From positions 1-64,000 of the IMG/VR virus record IMGVR_UViG_3300025141_000020: 64,000 nt of DNA; one strand, given 5' to 3'. The translations under genes and the position numbers were made by a program. Position 1 is the first letter of the stretch. Every line of letters starts with the position of its first letter. Positions 45,309 to 54,455 of the stretch are shown one piece after another. The notes under the pieces were generated by a model. The model saw only the letters and a list, made by a program, of their open reading frames with translations, was not told the origin of the DNA and searched no databases.

Positions 45309-48300
45309 TTATTCTTCTGGACATACATCATCACTAGATATACACTCGTTTATTGCTTTACAAAAATAAGTTCCATGAGGACATATACCACTCTCATCAC
45401 TATCAGTCTCAGTATCAGGGTTGTCTATCAGGTCATCTTTAATTGTTTGTGGTGTTAATGGATTTTCTATTTGGTCTACTCTTTGTTTTTCTTTTTCTGC
45501 GTCACTAATTACTTGTGTTGTGGACTTATCTCTTATTTCATCTTCAGTTTCCGTTATTACCTCTTGACAGTTTGCCTTACATTTTTCTATACTCTCATAA
45601 CGACCATTTCTGTCTTCAAAACATAACCCCTCAAAACAGTTCCACCTCTCAGTGCCGTTTCCGTTTCCAGAGCCTGACCCCCAACCTGAACCACACCAAT
45701 TATTCCATTCACCACATTTGATTGGTCCGTCTGGGTCACAACCTCCCGGTTCACACCTACATCCACACTGCCTTTGGGTACAAACCTTTTTACAGTCCTC
45801 TAGACTACTATATCTTCCTTGGTTAGTTTCTATACACTCACTTTTTGTGGGTGATGCTCCTATACCAATTTTTCCTCTATTGTCCCGATTTACGGGTAAT
45901 CTTTGTTGTACACAATCATACCCCCTTCTTCTACCTACACCACTACCATAACTACTACCATTAACTTGTTGGCACTCTTCCTCACATCTATCTAAAGTTT
46001 CAAATCTACCTCGTGGGTCTTCTATACAAACCGGTTCACTACTACCATTGCCATCAGATGTCCTCCTACCTCTATCTGTAGGAATATAACATGTATATCT
46101 ACATTCACCGTAGTCACATTCTGATTGTGGCTTTGGTGGTCCTCCTGGGTTTGTACCACCGTCGTCATCATCTATATTTGGTATTACACCTTTAGGTTTT
46201 ATAGGGGTTACACCACTCACAACCTCTTTTATTAGATTGCCGCTCTCAGCACAGTGATTTATAATTACCGGAGTACAACTTGCGTTTAATTTTTTACAAT
46301 ATTCATTTGCCCTTTTTATACAATCTATACAATCATCAGATTTAGTATCTGCCATTATTTCTGATATTCCGAATATTGGGTCTAATTTCAATTTATTAGC
46401 AACGTCTTGGTTACATTTGCAATAATACTGACAACTAGTAGATTCTGGTTTAACTATTATTGTTGGGTCTACAATCGTGATTACTTTACCGTCTATAGTT
46501 ATTTTTTTATCTACATTAACTACTTTCCATTTATCCGGTGTAGTTTTATGTAAAATGTCGTAGGAGGTTAACGCTTTTTCTGTTGAGCATGGTTTAAATA
46601 GTCCACATTCTGGTGTAATTACTATATAGTGTATTAAATCGTTGCCATATAAATCTTTAAATATATTTTTCACCACATATGAATGTCTTTGTTGTGGAAA
46701 TGTGTATAGACAAGTAGCGTCATAGTCTTGGTTGTATTGTGGCAAACATACTTTAAATATCCCATTTTTAGACATTTTTGTCATATAGTTGATTGTCCCT
46801 CCTTTAAGTGTATAGTCTTTTATAATATTGTTTTCTATTAGTGATTGCCATGCATTCATTGGTTTATTTCTTACTATATCCCATTTTAGTACATTATTAG
46901 TTCCTTTGCTGTCCACAAAAGTTAAATGGTTAAAAGTTGTCATATTAACTGTAGGCACCGTTAATGTATTACACCCATTATCGGTTATATAAAGTGACCC
47001 GTCTAACTTTACAGACCTACCGTTATTTCCTTTAACAATATCAAACCCTTGTGACATCTCCGTTGAGTCAAAAAATAATTGTTTTTCCCGTACACTATTT
47101 GCGGACTTAATTGCTCTAAAAAATGGTGCTTCTGAAATCGCCCCACTATCATCTAGTTTATGCCCTAAATTTACTGTTATAGTACTAGTGCCCCCAGTAC
47201 CAAATTTAGATGTTGTCTCACTAACACAAGTATACTTTAATTGTACTTTATCCCCTTTAATTAAATTTACAAACCCACTATCAACACTAACAGTACCATT
47301 ATGTTCAAATATTGTTGATGCTGATGTAGCACTCATATCACAAATTGTAAATGTACTAGATGTTTTATCTATATCCGTTACTTGTAACTTTAAATAATCA
47401 TTGGCTATACCATCATTATCGGTCCTTAAGACTTTATATTCAGCTAATGTACTTTCTGTACCAGCTGAAGAAGTTTTAACCAAAGATACCACAAAAGAGA
47501 ACCCTAATATCCCGTTAGCATTTTTACCTCTTTCTCCTGGGTAGTATTTGAAGTTGGTGTCCATTAGTGCTATATTAGTTTCTCCAACACCCGCATTTAT
47601 TAAAGAAGTGTTTATTAATCTTTTAATTTCATAGTTAGTGGAAGGATAGGTTCCAGTCATAGCGGAAGCATAAACAGTACTTAGATATTCACACCATTTA
47701 GTGTCTTTGTATCCCACGTTTAAGTGCCCTTTGTATGTTAACCTATACAGACCACTACTCTGAGCACTATATGTCATATAATCTGTCGAGGTTGTTTCAT
47801 TTATAATTAAACCGTCATTATATACATTATAAAAAGCGTAGGGCTTATAACTCTCTGTGTAGTCACCAATTAATGGAATAGGTTTGTTTAAATTAAAATC
47901 ACTTATAGGTACTACTGTGTCAGCCGAGATAGAGGCCCCACTAATAGTTATATCATAAGTATTAGTTATAGCTGATGTATGTGCGGAATATATCCCGCTA
48001 TATCTTCCGTAAGTTGTAAAACAAAAATCTGTATTACTATTCTGTTGTATTGGAGTGTCTTTATATAAAAATGTTAATTTTTTAATGTTTTCACTTTTAG
48101 GACTTCTTTCTGTATATGGGTGGCTCGCCTTGCCAATATGGTAGTAACCAATATACGGACTACCGTCTAATAATAATTCTTTTCCTGTGGTATATAATCC
48201 GTTTTGTCTACCAGATTTTATGGTCCCTATCCTTGTTTTTTTACGTGGACATATTAATATCTCTTTTATTAAACCATCACTATCATAAGTAAATCTAACA

Positions 48301-49472
48301 TCATTAAATTGATTTAATGTGGAACGTTTAATCCATTGTGATATATTAGAATATATCCTATTTACAGTTTTCGTTGACCCATTTTTATCCACTACATTAT
48401 AAGTTTCTTTACTACCTATTTGCTGTTTTTTTAATTTTTCTATAAAAGCTATTTGTTGTTGGGTGTTTGTAAATTTTAATGATATACATTTATTAACTGA
48501 TGAAAATATTTTATTATTTCTTATTTCACTTGTCCAATCAAGTGGGCTTATTTCTTTTCCGTTAAGTACAAGTGTTGGGGTTTCTGTTATTATCCCTTCA
48601 TTGACTTCTCTACTAACATTATATGGTATCTGAATCTTGTTAGTCGTACCCAAATTGAATTCACTTAAATTTGCGTTAACGTTAAATTCATTTTCAATAG
48701 CGTATACCTGACTTGACATTAATTCTATAGCGTCTGCTGGTATATTTTGTTTAGTTAGTTGTTTTTTATAGTCGTAGATTACCTCGCCAGTACCCATATT
48801 ACCATTATCTAGAGTTAGGTATGCTGTATTTAATTTCACCTTTTTTCTGGGCACTGTAACTTGTTTTGGTACACTTATATTTGGTGTAAACCCTTCTAAT
48901 ATAATATTGTCTGTAACATCACAATTAAAACTTAGTGATGTGGTATATTGGCCACAATTCTCACTTAGTATGTCCATGTCAAAAGAAAGTCTTGCTAGAT
49001 TGTTTTTACTTATATTAGGTAGTATCATTTGGATTGGGTGTACCCTTCTTGTCTTACTGCCTGTTGGCAATTTTAATGCCCCTATAACTATACCTGTACG
49101 AGTATTCTGTGTATTATAATAATTTATATGAGATAAAAATGCCCCATATTCTTTACCTCGTACGGAATTAAAAGAATATTTCCCATTATCCCCTTTAAAA
49201 ACTTCTAGAATAATATCAGAGTTATTAATACCTATATTGTCTAAATATTTTTTTAATTTTACCTGTTTACTGCTAAATCTTAAAAATAATCTTTTAAGGT
49301 TACTGTCTGTTTTAACAAAAATCTGAGCTGGTGATTGTGTGTTATATGTAAAACTAAAGCATTTTCTTTTTTTGTAGTTTTTATCCTTGATTCTTCCTGA
49401 AACATAGAATACGAATTTTAACTCATTACTGAGTACCCTAAAATCAACACTACTGTTATAAACTTTTGACAT
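45309..49472 (-). CDS. Large structural protein with C-terminal Cys-rich repeats
   Basis: 1387 aa; CIEDPRGRFETLDRCEEEC / CIETNQGRYSSLEDCKKVC / CFEDRNGRYESIEKCKANC. Confidence 0.65.
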   Translation of the reverse strand: MSKVYNSSVDFRVLSNELKFVFYVSGRIKDKNYKKRKCFSFTYNTQSPAQIFVKTDSNLKRLFLRFSSKQVKLKKYLDNIGINNSDIILEVFKGDNGKYSFNSVRGKEYGAFLSHINYYNTQNTRTGIVIGALKLPTGSKTRRVHPIQMILPNISKNNLARLSFDMDILSENCGQYTTSLSFNCDVTDNIILEGFTPNISVPKQVTVPRKKVKLNTAYLTLDNGNMGTGEVIYDYKKQLTKQNIPADAIELMSSQVYAIENEFNVNANLSEFNLGTTNKIQIPYNVSREVNEGIITETPTLVLNGKEISPLDWTSEIRNNKIFSSVNKCISLKFTNTQQQIAFIEKLKKQQIGSKETYNVVDKNGSTKTVNRIYSNISQWIKRSTLNQFNDVRFTYDSDGLIKEILICPRKKTRIGTIKSGRQNGLYTTGKELLLDGSPYIGYYHIGKASHPYTERSPKSENIKKLTFLYKDTPIQQNSNTDFCFTTYGRYSGIYSAHTSAITNTYDITISGASISADTVVPISDFNLNKPIPLIGDYTESYKPYAFYNVYNDGLIINETTSTDYMTYSAQSSGLYRLTYKGHLNVGYKDTKWCEYLSTVYASAMTGTYPSTNYEIKRLINTSLINAGVGETNIALMDTNFKYYPGERGKNANGILGFSFVVSLVKTSSAGTESTLAEYKVLRTDNDGIANDYLKLQVTDIDKTSSTFTICDMSATSASTIFEHNGTVSVDSGFVNLIKGDKVQLKYTCVSETTSKFGTGGTSTITVNLGHKLDDSGAISEAPFFRAIKSANSVREKQLFFDSTEMSQGFDIVKGNNGRSVKLDGSLYITDNGCNTLTVPTVNMTTFNHLTFVDSKGTNNVLKWDIVRNKPMNAWQSLIENNIIKDYTLKGGTINYMTKMSKNGIFKVCLPQYNQDYDATCLYTFPQQRHSYVVKNIFKDLYGNDLIHYIVITPECGLFKPCSTEKALTSYDILHKTTPDKWKVVNVDKKITIDGKVITIVDPTIIVKPESTSCQYYCKCNQDVANKLKLDPIFGISEIMADTKSDDCIDCIKRANEYCKKLNASCTPVIINHCAESGNLIKEVVSGVTPIKPKGVIPNIDDDDGGTNPGGPPKPQSECDYGECRYTCYIPTDRGRRTSDGNGSSEPVCIEDPRGRFETLDRCEEECQQVNGSSYGSGVGRRRGYDCVQQRLPVNRDNRGKIGIGASPTKSECIETNQGRYSSLEDCKKVCTQRQCGCRCEPGGCDPDGPIKCGEWNNWCGSGWGSGSGNGNGTERWNCFEGLCFEDRNGRYESIEKCKANCQEVITETEDEIRDKSTTQVISDAEKEKQRVDQIENPLTPQTIKDDLIDNPDTETDSDESGICPHGTYFCKAINECISSDDVCPEE

Positions 49473-49476
49473 ATAA

Positions 49477-52400
49477 TTAATAATTAAAACTAGAGCTTTT
49501 TATGTTATAAGATTGTGCTCCTTGGTTGGTGTTATTACCAACAATGTTAGTTGGGGCTATATTATAATTTTCAATCCAAGCTTGTGTATTCGCTCCAAAA
49601 CATTTAAGACCATCTATATTTAAAATATTATCTGTTGCTCCTTGTTTTGTAAATATAGATTGTGATAAGTATTTATCTTTGTTACTATGATATCTGTTAG
49701 CAAGTCTATTGGTTACCTCTCTGACTAATTCGCTCCCTGAAGCTCTGTTCTGATTATTTATATTATATTGATTTGCGTAACTAGATATTGGGTTGTATGT
49801 ACCTCCACTTATTATATTATTAAAGTATAAAGAACCTGATGTTGGTGGTGCTGGTAAACTCATCATCATAGGAGTACTAGCCATTCTTGCTTGTGGGTAA
49901 GAAGTGTAACCACTTAAAGCGGGGCCAGTTATTAATATCTGAGGGATAATAGGCATTGTATTTCCGCTTGGGTTGAAACACCTATAAACAAATTTATCTC
50001 TATGAAATGCTGAATTTTCTACTTTCTCACCACTTGTCCATAGTGTGGTTGCTGGAACCATTTCTTCAACAAGTTTAAGCCAATATGTGCCTAACTCCCT
50101 AACATAACTTAACATTTTAGTGTACGTATATTGATTATTGTTAGCACAAACTTCTTGTAAGTATTGAAGATAAATTTGTTGTAGTACGGGATACCCTCCC
50201 GTTTTACCATCGTTTATTGTCATCCTATCTCTAACATCAATTAAAACTTTCCAGAAATTGTTAAGGAATCTTTTAAAATTCATATTTCTAGTGTCTATAC
50301 TAAGCCCAGCTATTGTTTCATCAAAGACGTATATATAGTTTAATATAAGAAACTGTCCCGATGCTCCACCAGAATCATCTTCAGATACAAATACTTTAAC
50401 ATCCTCTAAAACATTACCATAAGTTTCAAATGTAGACATTACATGTGGACTACCATCAGCGTATAGAGTGTATATAGCTCCACCACCTTCTTTTAATCTA
50501 ATTTCTCCTTTAAAAAATTTATCAACACCAGATGTCCAAACATTACTACCTAAAACATTAGTTCCTTGTTCAGTTGCACTACCTGAATTATTAGCATCAC
50601 TATATACTTTAATATTTCTACCTGTAAAAAAGATGCTTTCTACAAAATGAGTTACGTTGGGGGGTGTGCTGATATCATTTGTGGTTAATGTCCCAGGAGA
50701 GAACCCAATTATAGTCTGTGGAGAAGTGTCGTTAACACAAACTTCAAACCTTAAAAGAGCCCCTTTTGACCTTCTAAAATTCTTATTTGAGGCAAATCCA
50801 CCGTCATGACTCCCTGCTCCACCCGACCTAAATTTACTTCCGGTATAAGGTGTTCCGTCATCTGTTTGTCCTACAACTGTTTGAGAGTAGTTAGCTCCGA
50901 ACCATTTACCAGTATCATCGATAGAGGTTTGGAATGTGCTGTATAGTGTGCCTCCGGTCATACTATTGGTGTTCGCACTAAAGAAACAGCCGTATTCTAC
51001 TGATTGTCTATATACGTCATATACTAATGCTTGTCCTATATTTAGTGATATGTCAACATTTTTTACATTTAATACTAATCTTTCATCTTGGGTTTGATAA
51101 TATGATGCTCTTGTATCGTAAACCCAGTCTCTTGTTTCTAGTTGTGGTTCTTTTCTATTCCATGATTTTTTATCGTCAATCATTCTTGTTAGACCAAACC
51201 CAAAATACATATGTGGGAACCTTCTAAACCTATCTAAATAAGGTGCTTTAATTCTATTAGAATATTCTCCTCCTGTCCAAAAGCCACCCCAAGTGAAGTT
51301 TTCAAATTTATTTACTATTGTTGGTGTACAACCCGTTAGTATCGATTTATCTCTATTAACTATTATATCCGATTTATGTTCTTCTGTTCTTTGGAACCAT
51401 CCGGCCCCTCTTTGGAAGAAATAGTTATTTGTAACTCTTGGTCTTACTGGAAACCCTTCGTTGTCTATAGGGTAATCGCTTCTTTGGAAGTTGTGGGATG
51501 TGGCTCCTGTTTCATAATACCATTGGCTTAATGGCACACTGTAGTTTATTGTGGATGAGGTATACGTTCCTCCGGATAATGTGCTCCAACTTCTGGTAAA
51601 TTTATTTTGTGCCTGTTCGTAGTGGTAGGTCCCACCTGTTGTCATTGCATTAAGACTATTATCGTCCCACACAAAACTTAATGGGGTGTTCATATTAATT
51701 TTAGTGTCCGCTAAAACTACATATTCGTTAAATTCAATTAAGGCCTCTGGTGCACCCACTAATGTTAGTAAAAACTCTATTGCTTTCCTTGTACCTTTAG
51801 ATTTAAATAGATACCCCGTATTTAGTAATATTCTTCTATATAGTTCTATATCTAGTTCAGCTGGAGTCATACCAACACTACTACCAGAATAGGTTGGTTT
51901 GCTAACCCCTAATACGCTGTCTAAGAACCCTACTTTATCTAATGTACTTGGTGTTGACCATCCTAACGTTCTGGCAAAATTCTTAATTAACCCATTAGGT
52001 ATATTATTTTTACCATCGTAGGTTACATTGGTCATATAGGCTATACCATCTACAAAAGTTTTTATGTCGTCAAAACTCCTACCGTATATTTGTAAGGTTT
52101 TTTCTACTTTTTGGTCTGGCGTGTCAAATTCTTTTAGTGTTGGTGATGTTAGAAATCTAGAGACTAGGTTGGTTTTTATATTGTCTAGTTCATCTCCTAT
52201 GTCAGCCAAACCTTTTAGGTAATCAATATACGCAGAACTTACCACATCAAGATTGACATCGTCCCCTAACGGCCACGTTTTATTTATGTAATCATAAAAT
52301 TTGACTCCCTCACTGGTTTCTTTAACTATTTTAAATTTAGCTGTATAGATAGGAATGACATTTCTAGTCATTAGAAAAGCTTCAACACCTTTTAAAGACC

Positions 52401-53241
52401 CTAGTTGTCTTTCACTTTCATCACCATTAGGCTTTAAGTAAAATTTTGTGGTGGTGGATGTCACTGCTGTACCAAAAGGGTCTCCCTCTACTATTATTTC
52501 TATAAAAGATGACCCTATAGTTTGTGCTATAAAGTCAACAACTTTATATTCTTGAGTACCGACATTATTATTAAAAGTTAAAACATAATCTTTATACTCA
52601 TTTGTTATATTTCTTAATTTAGATACCTTACCTTCAGCGATTTTAGTTATTGTATTTGCTGTATTACCTAGATTTTCTAAATTTAATATAACTTCTTCTG
52701 GTGACAAATGTCCGTCTAATAGATTTCCATTTGTTGTAAATTCTATATTAAATGGGTTGGATATGTAATTAACATCACACTTAAAGGTTGTTCTATTTGT
52801 TGTGATGTTATAACTTATATTATACGCTGTAGTATATCCGGTTGTTTCATAGATATCGGTACCATCAAAATATAATGCTGCGGGAAATGTGTTGATGATG
52901 TTATCTACAGCAACATTTAACCTTTTCTTTAGGGAGCCATATAAAACAAAACTACTTAAATCACTAGTGTCGTTATTTATAAAAACCTCTAAATTATTGC
53001 TAGCTGTAGTTCTTGCTATCTCTAGATTAGCTATGCCTAGTGTTGATAATGTTATTGGGTTGGAGAAACTATTTATTTCGTACCCTACTGGCACTGGATT
53101 ACTTATATCTTGCGCAAAAGAGAATGTGCTATTGGTCATTTGTGATGACCCGTCAGTTATTTGGTTTCCGACTAAATTATCACTAAATGTTTCACTGCCG
53201 TTTGGTGGTGCTGGAGGGTATCGGAATCTATTACTTGCCAT
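49477..53241 (-). CDS. Baseplate wedge-like structural protein
   Basis: LYRRILLN..YLFKSKGTRKAIEFLL resembles the P2 gpI-type KGT motif; 1254 aa. Confidence 0.6.
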   Translation of the reverse strand: MASNRFRYPPAPPNGSETFSDNLVGNQITDGSSQMTNSTFSFAQDISNPVPVGYEINSFSNPITLSTLGIANLEIARTTASNNLEVFINNDTSDLSSFVLYGSLKKRLNVAVDNIINTFPAALYFDGTDIYETTGYTTAYNISYNITTNRTTFKCDVNYISNPFNIEFTTNGNLLDGHLSPEEVILNLENLGNTANTITKIAEGKVSKLRNITNEYKDYVLTFNNNVGTQEYKVVDFIAQTIGSSFIEIIVEGDPFGTAVTSTTTKFYLKPNGDESERQLGSLKGVEAFLMTRNVIPIYTAKFKIVKETSEGVKFYDYINKTWPLGDDVNLDVVSSAYIDYLKGLADIGDELDNIKTNLVSRFLTSPTLKEFDTPDQKVEKTLQIYGRSFDDIKTFVDGIAYMTNVTYDGKNNIPNGLIKNFARTLGWSTPSTLDKVGFLDSVLGVSKPTYSGSSVGMTPAELDIELYRRILLNTGYLFKSKGTRKAIEFLLTLVGAPEALIEFNEYVVLADTKINMNTPLSFVWDDNSLNAMTTGGTYHYEQAQNKFTRSWSTLSGGTYTSSTINYSVPLSQWYYETGATSHNFQRSDYPIDNEGFPVRPRVTNNYFFQRGAGWFQRTEEHKSDIIVNRDKSILTGCTPTIVNKFENFTWGGFWTGGEYSNRIKAPYLDRFRRFPHMYFGFGLTRMIDDKKSWNRKEPQLETRDWVYDTRASYYQTQDERLVLNVKNVDISLNIGQALVYDVYRQSVEYGCFFSANTNSMTGGTLYSTFQTSIDDTGKWFGANYSQTVVGQTDDGTPYTGSKFRSGGAGSHDGGFASNKNFRRSKGALLRFEVCVNDTSPQTIIGFSPGTLTTNDISTPPNVTHFVESIFFTGRNIKVYSDANNSGSATEQGTNVLGSNVWTSGVDKFFKGEIRLKEGGGAIYTLYADGSPHVMSTFETYGNVLEDVKVFVSEDDSGGASGQFLILNYIYVFDETIAGLSIDTRNMNFKRFLNNFWKVLIDVRDRMTINDGKTGGYPVLQQIYLQYLQEVCANNNQYTYTKMLSYVRELGTYWLKLVEEMVPATTLWTSGEKVENSAFHRDKFVYRCFNPSGNTMPIIPQILITGPALSGYTSYPQARMASTPMMMSLPAPPTSGSLYFNNIISGGTYNPISSYANQYNINNQNRASGSELVREVTNRLANRYHSNKDKYLSQSIFTKQGATDNILNIDGLKCFGANTQAWIENYNIAPTNIVGNNTNQGAQSYNIKSSSFNY

Positions 53242-53251
53242 AATTCCGAAT

Positions 53252-54172
53252 TTAAACTTTTATATTACTAAAAATCTTACCGAAATCTATATTATTACCT
53301 CTATTTTGCCTAACCTCATATAATTGGTCGTTATATTGGTCTCTAACCTCATATAAGTCGTATTGAGCGTAGATGTTGTTGTTACCAGATAAATCATATA
53401 AAGTGTAAATACCGTCATCGATAGATTTAGTTTGATTACCGTAAGCTGCTATTGCTAATGTTTCAAAGTCGTGGTCTACCATTTCAATATCTAACACCAA
53501 TGGATTAAAAAATGTATTAGTTATTATAACCTTTTGACCTGGTTGTCCAATAAATGGTATAGCGTTTGGATTATTAGAAGGTGCACTAGTTGGTGTTAGT
53601 GTACAAAAAATTAAATTAGTTTGTTTATTAGTATAAACATATCTTGGTGATATTTGATTTGGATTAGATAGGTTTGCTGTTACTGGTTCACAAAAAAAGT
53701 TAGACGTTACTACTCTGAAAAAATTATGTATTTTTTCGTTATTTAGTTGTAGGTATTCTATTCTATATCCAACTAGTCCGTGTGGTTGAAATCTACTTCT
53801 AAATTCTGTTGGTATGTTATTTAAGTCGAATACTAACCCTTTAACGTTTGGTAGTGATGATAGTATCCCACAATCAATAATTTCTGTTCTGATTTCTGCA
53901 GGTCTTATGTAGACAGTGTATATTCCTTTATTTGCAAAAATATTGGATGGGAGACTTAGGTTATATAATCCACCTAACACCTCTATTCCAGCAGATGCTG
54001 GACCCCCAGTGCCCCCTGCATGGTAATATGGGGTAAGTACCGAATTTGCTTGTAATTTAAATAGTGTAGTTGTACTGGTAGCGTCTCTATTAGGTGCTGC
54101 GTGTACAATCACTTCCATATCATCTGGAAGTACATCAGCTGGTCTCTTTATTCCGTATGCTCCTAATGCCAT
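53252..54172 (-). CDS. Putative structural protein (306 aa)
   Basis: Position in the late operon; no recognised domain. Confidence 0.6.
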   Translation of the reverse strand: MALGAYGIKRPADVLPDDMEVIVHAAPNRDATSTTTLFKLQANSVLTPYYHAGGTGGPASAGIEVLGGLYNLSLPSNIFANKGIYTVYIRPAEIRTEIIDCGILSSLPNVKGLVFDLNNIPTEFRSRFQPHGLVGYRIEYLQLNNEKIHNFFRVVTSNFFCEPVTANLSNPNQISPRYVYTNKQTNLIFCTLTPTSAPSNNPNAIPFIGQPGQKVIITNTFFNPLVLDIEMVDHDFETLAIAAYGNQTKSIDDGIYTLYDLSGNNNIYAQYDLYEVRDQYNDQLYEVRQNRGNNIDFGKIFSNIKV

Positions 54173-54175
54173 ATA

Positions 54176-54397
54176 TTAAGGTTGTTTGTCAATTTTATAA
54201 AATCCTCTACCGTGTAATGCTAATTCACCTAGATTCGGTACTTGTCCTAGTCTTTGTGGTCTCTCAAAAACACTAATTCTGCCTCTTTCTATGAATATAT
54301 TCGACCTAACTTCTGGTCTCTCACATACATTCATTAATACCTCTTCTTTTGTTAAGGGTATTATACATCCGGTTACATCAACTTTTTGTAAAGGCAT
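54176..54397 (-). CDS. Small late protein (73 aa)
   Basis: PLTKEEVLMNV.ERPEVRSNIFIERG; own TATTTATA at 54408-54415. Confidence 0.7.
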   Translation of the reverse strand: MPLQKVDVTGCIIPLTKEEVLMNVCERPEVRSNIFIERGRISVFERPQRLGQVPNLGELALHGRGFYKIDKQP

Positions 54398-54455
54398 CGT
54401 TTTTTATTATAAATATCTGTGTACTCATTTATTTGTTTCATTAGGCACATAATTT

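Noticed and set aside
45570-46100. Kunitz protease-inhibitor domains
   Set aside because: Only the terminal F/Y-x-S/T-x3-CxxxC resembles Kunitz; the FxYGGC core and six-Cys spacing are missing.
2913-54415. T4 late promoter TATAAATA
   Set aside because: It lies on the non-coding strand at every gene start examined; the coding-strand motif is TATTTAT.
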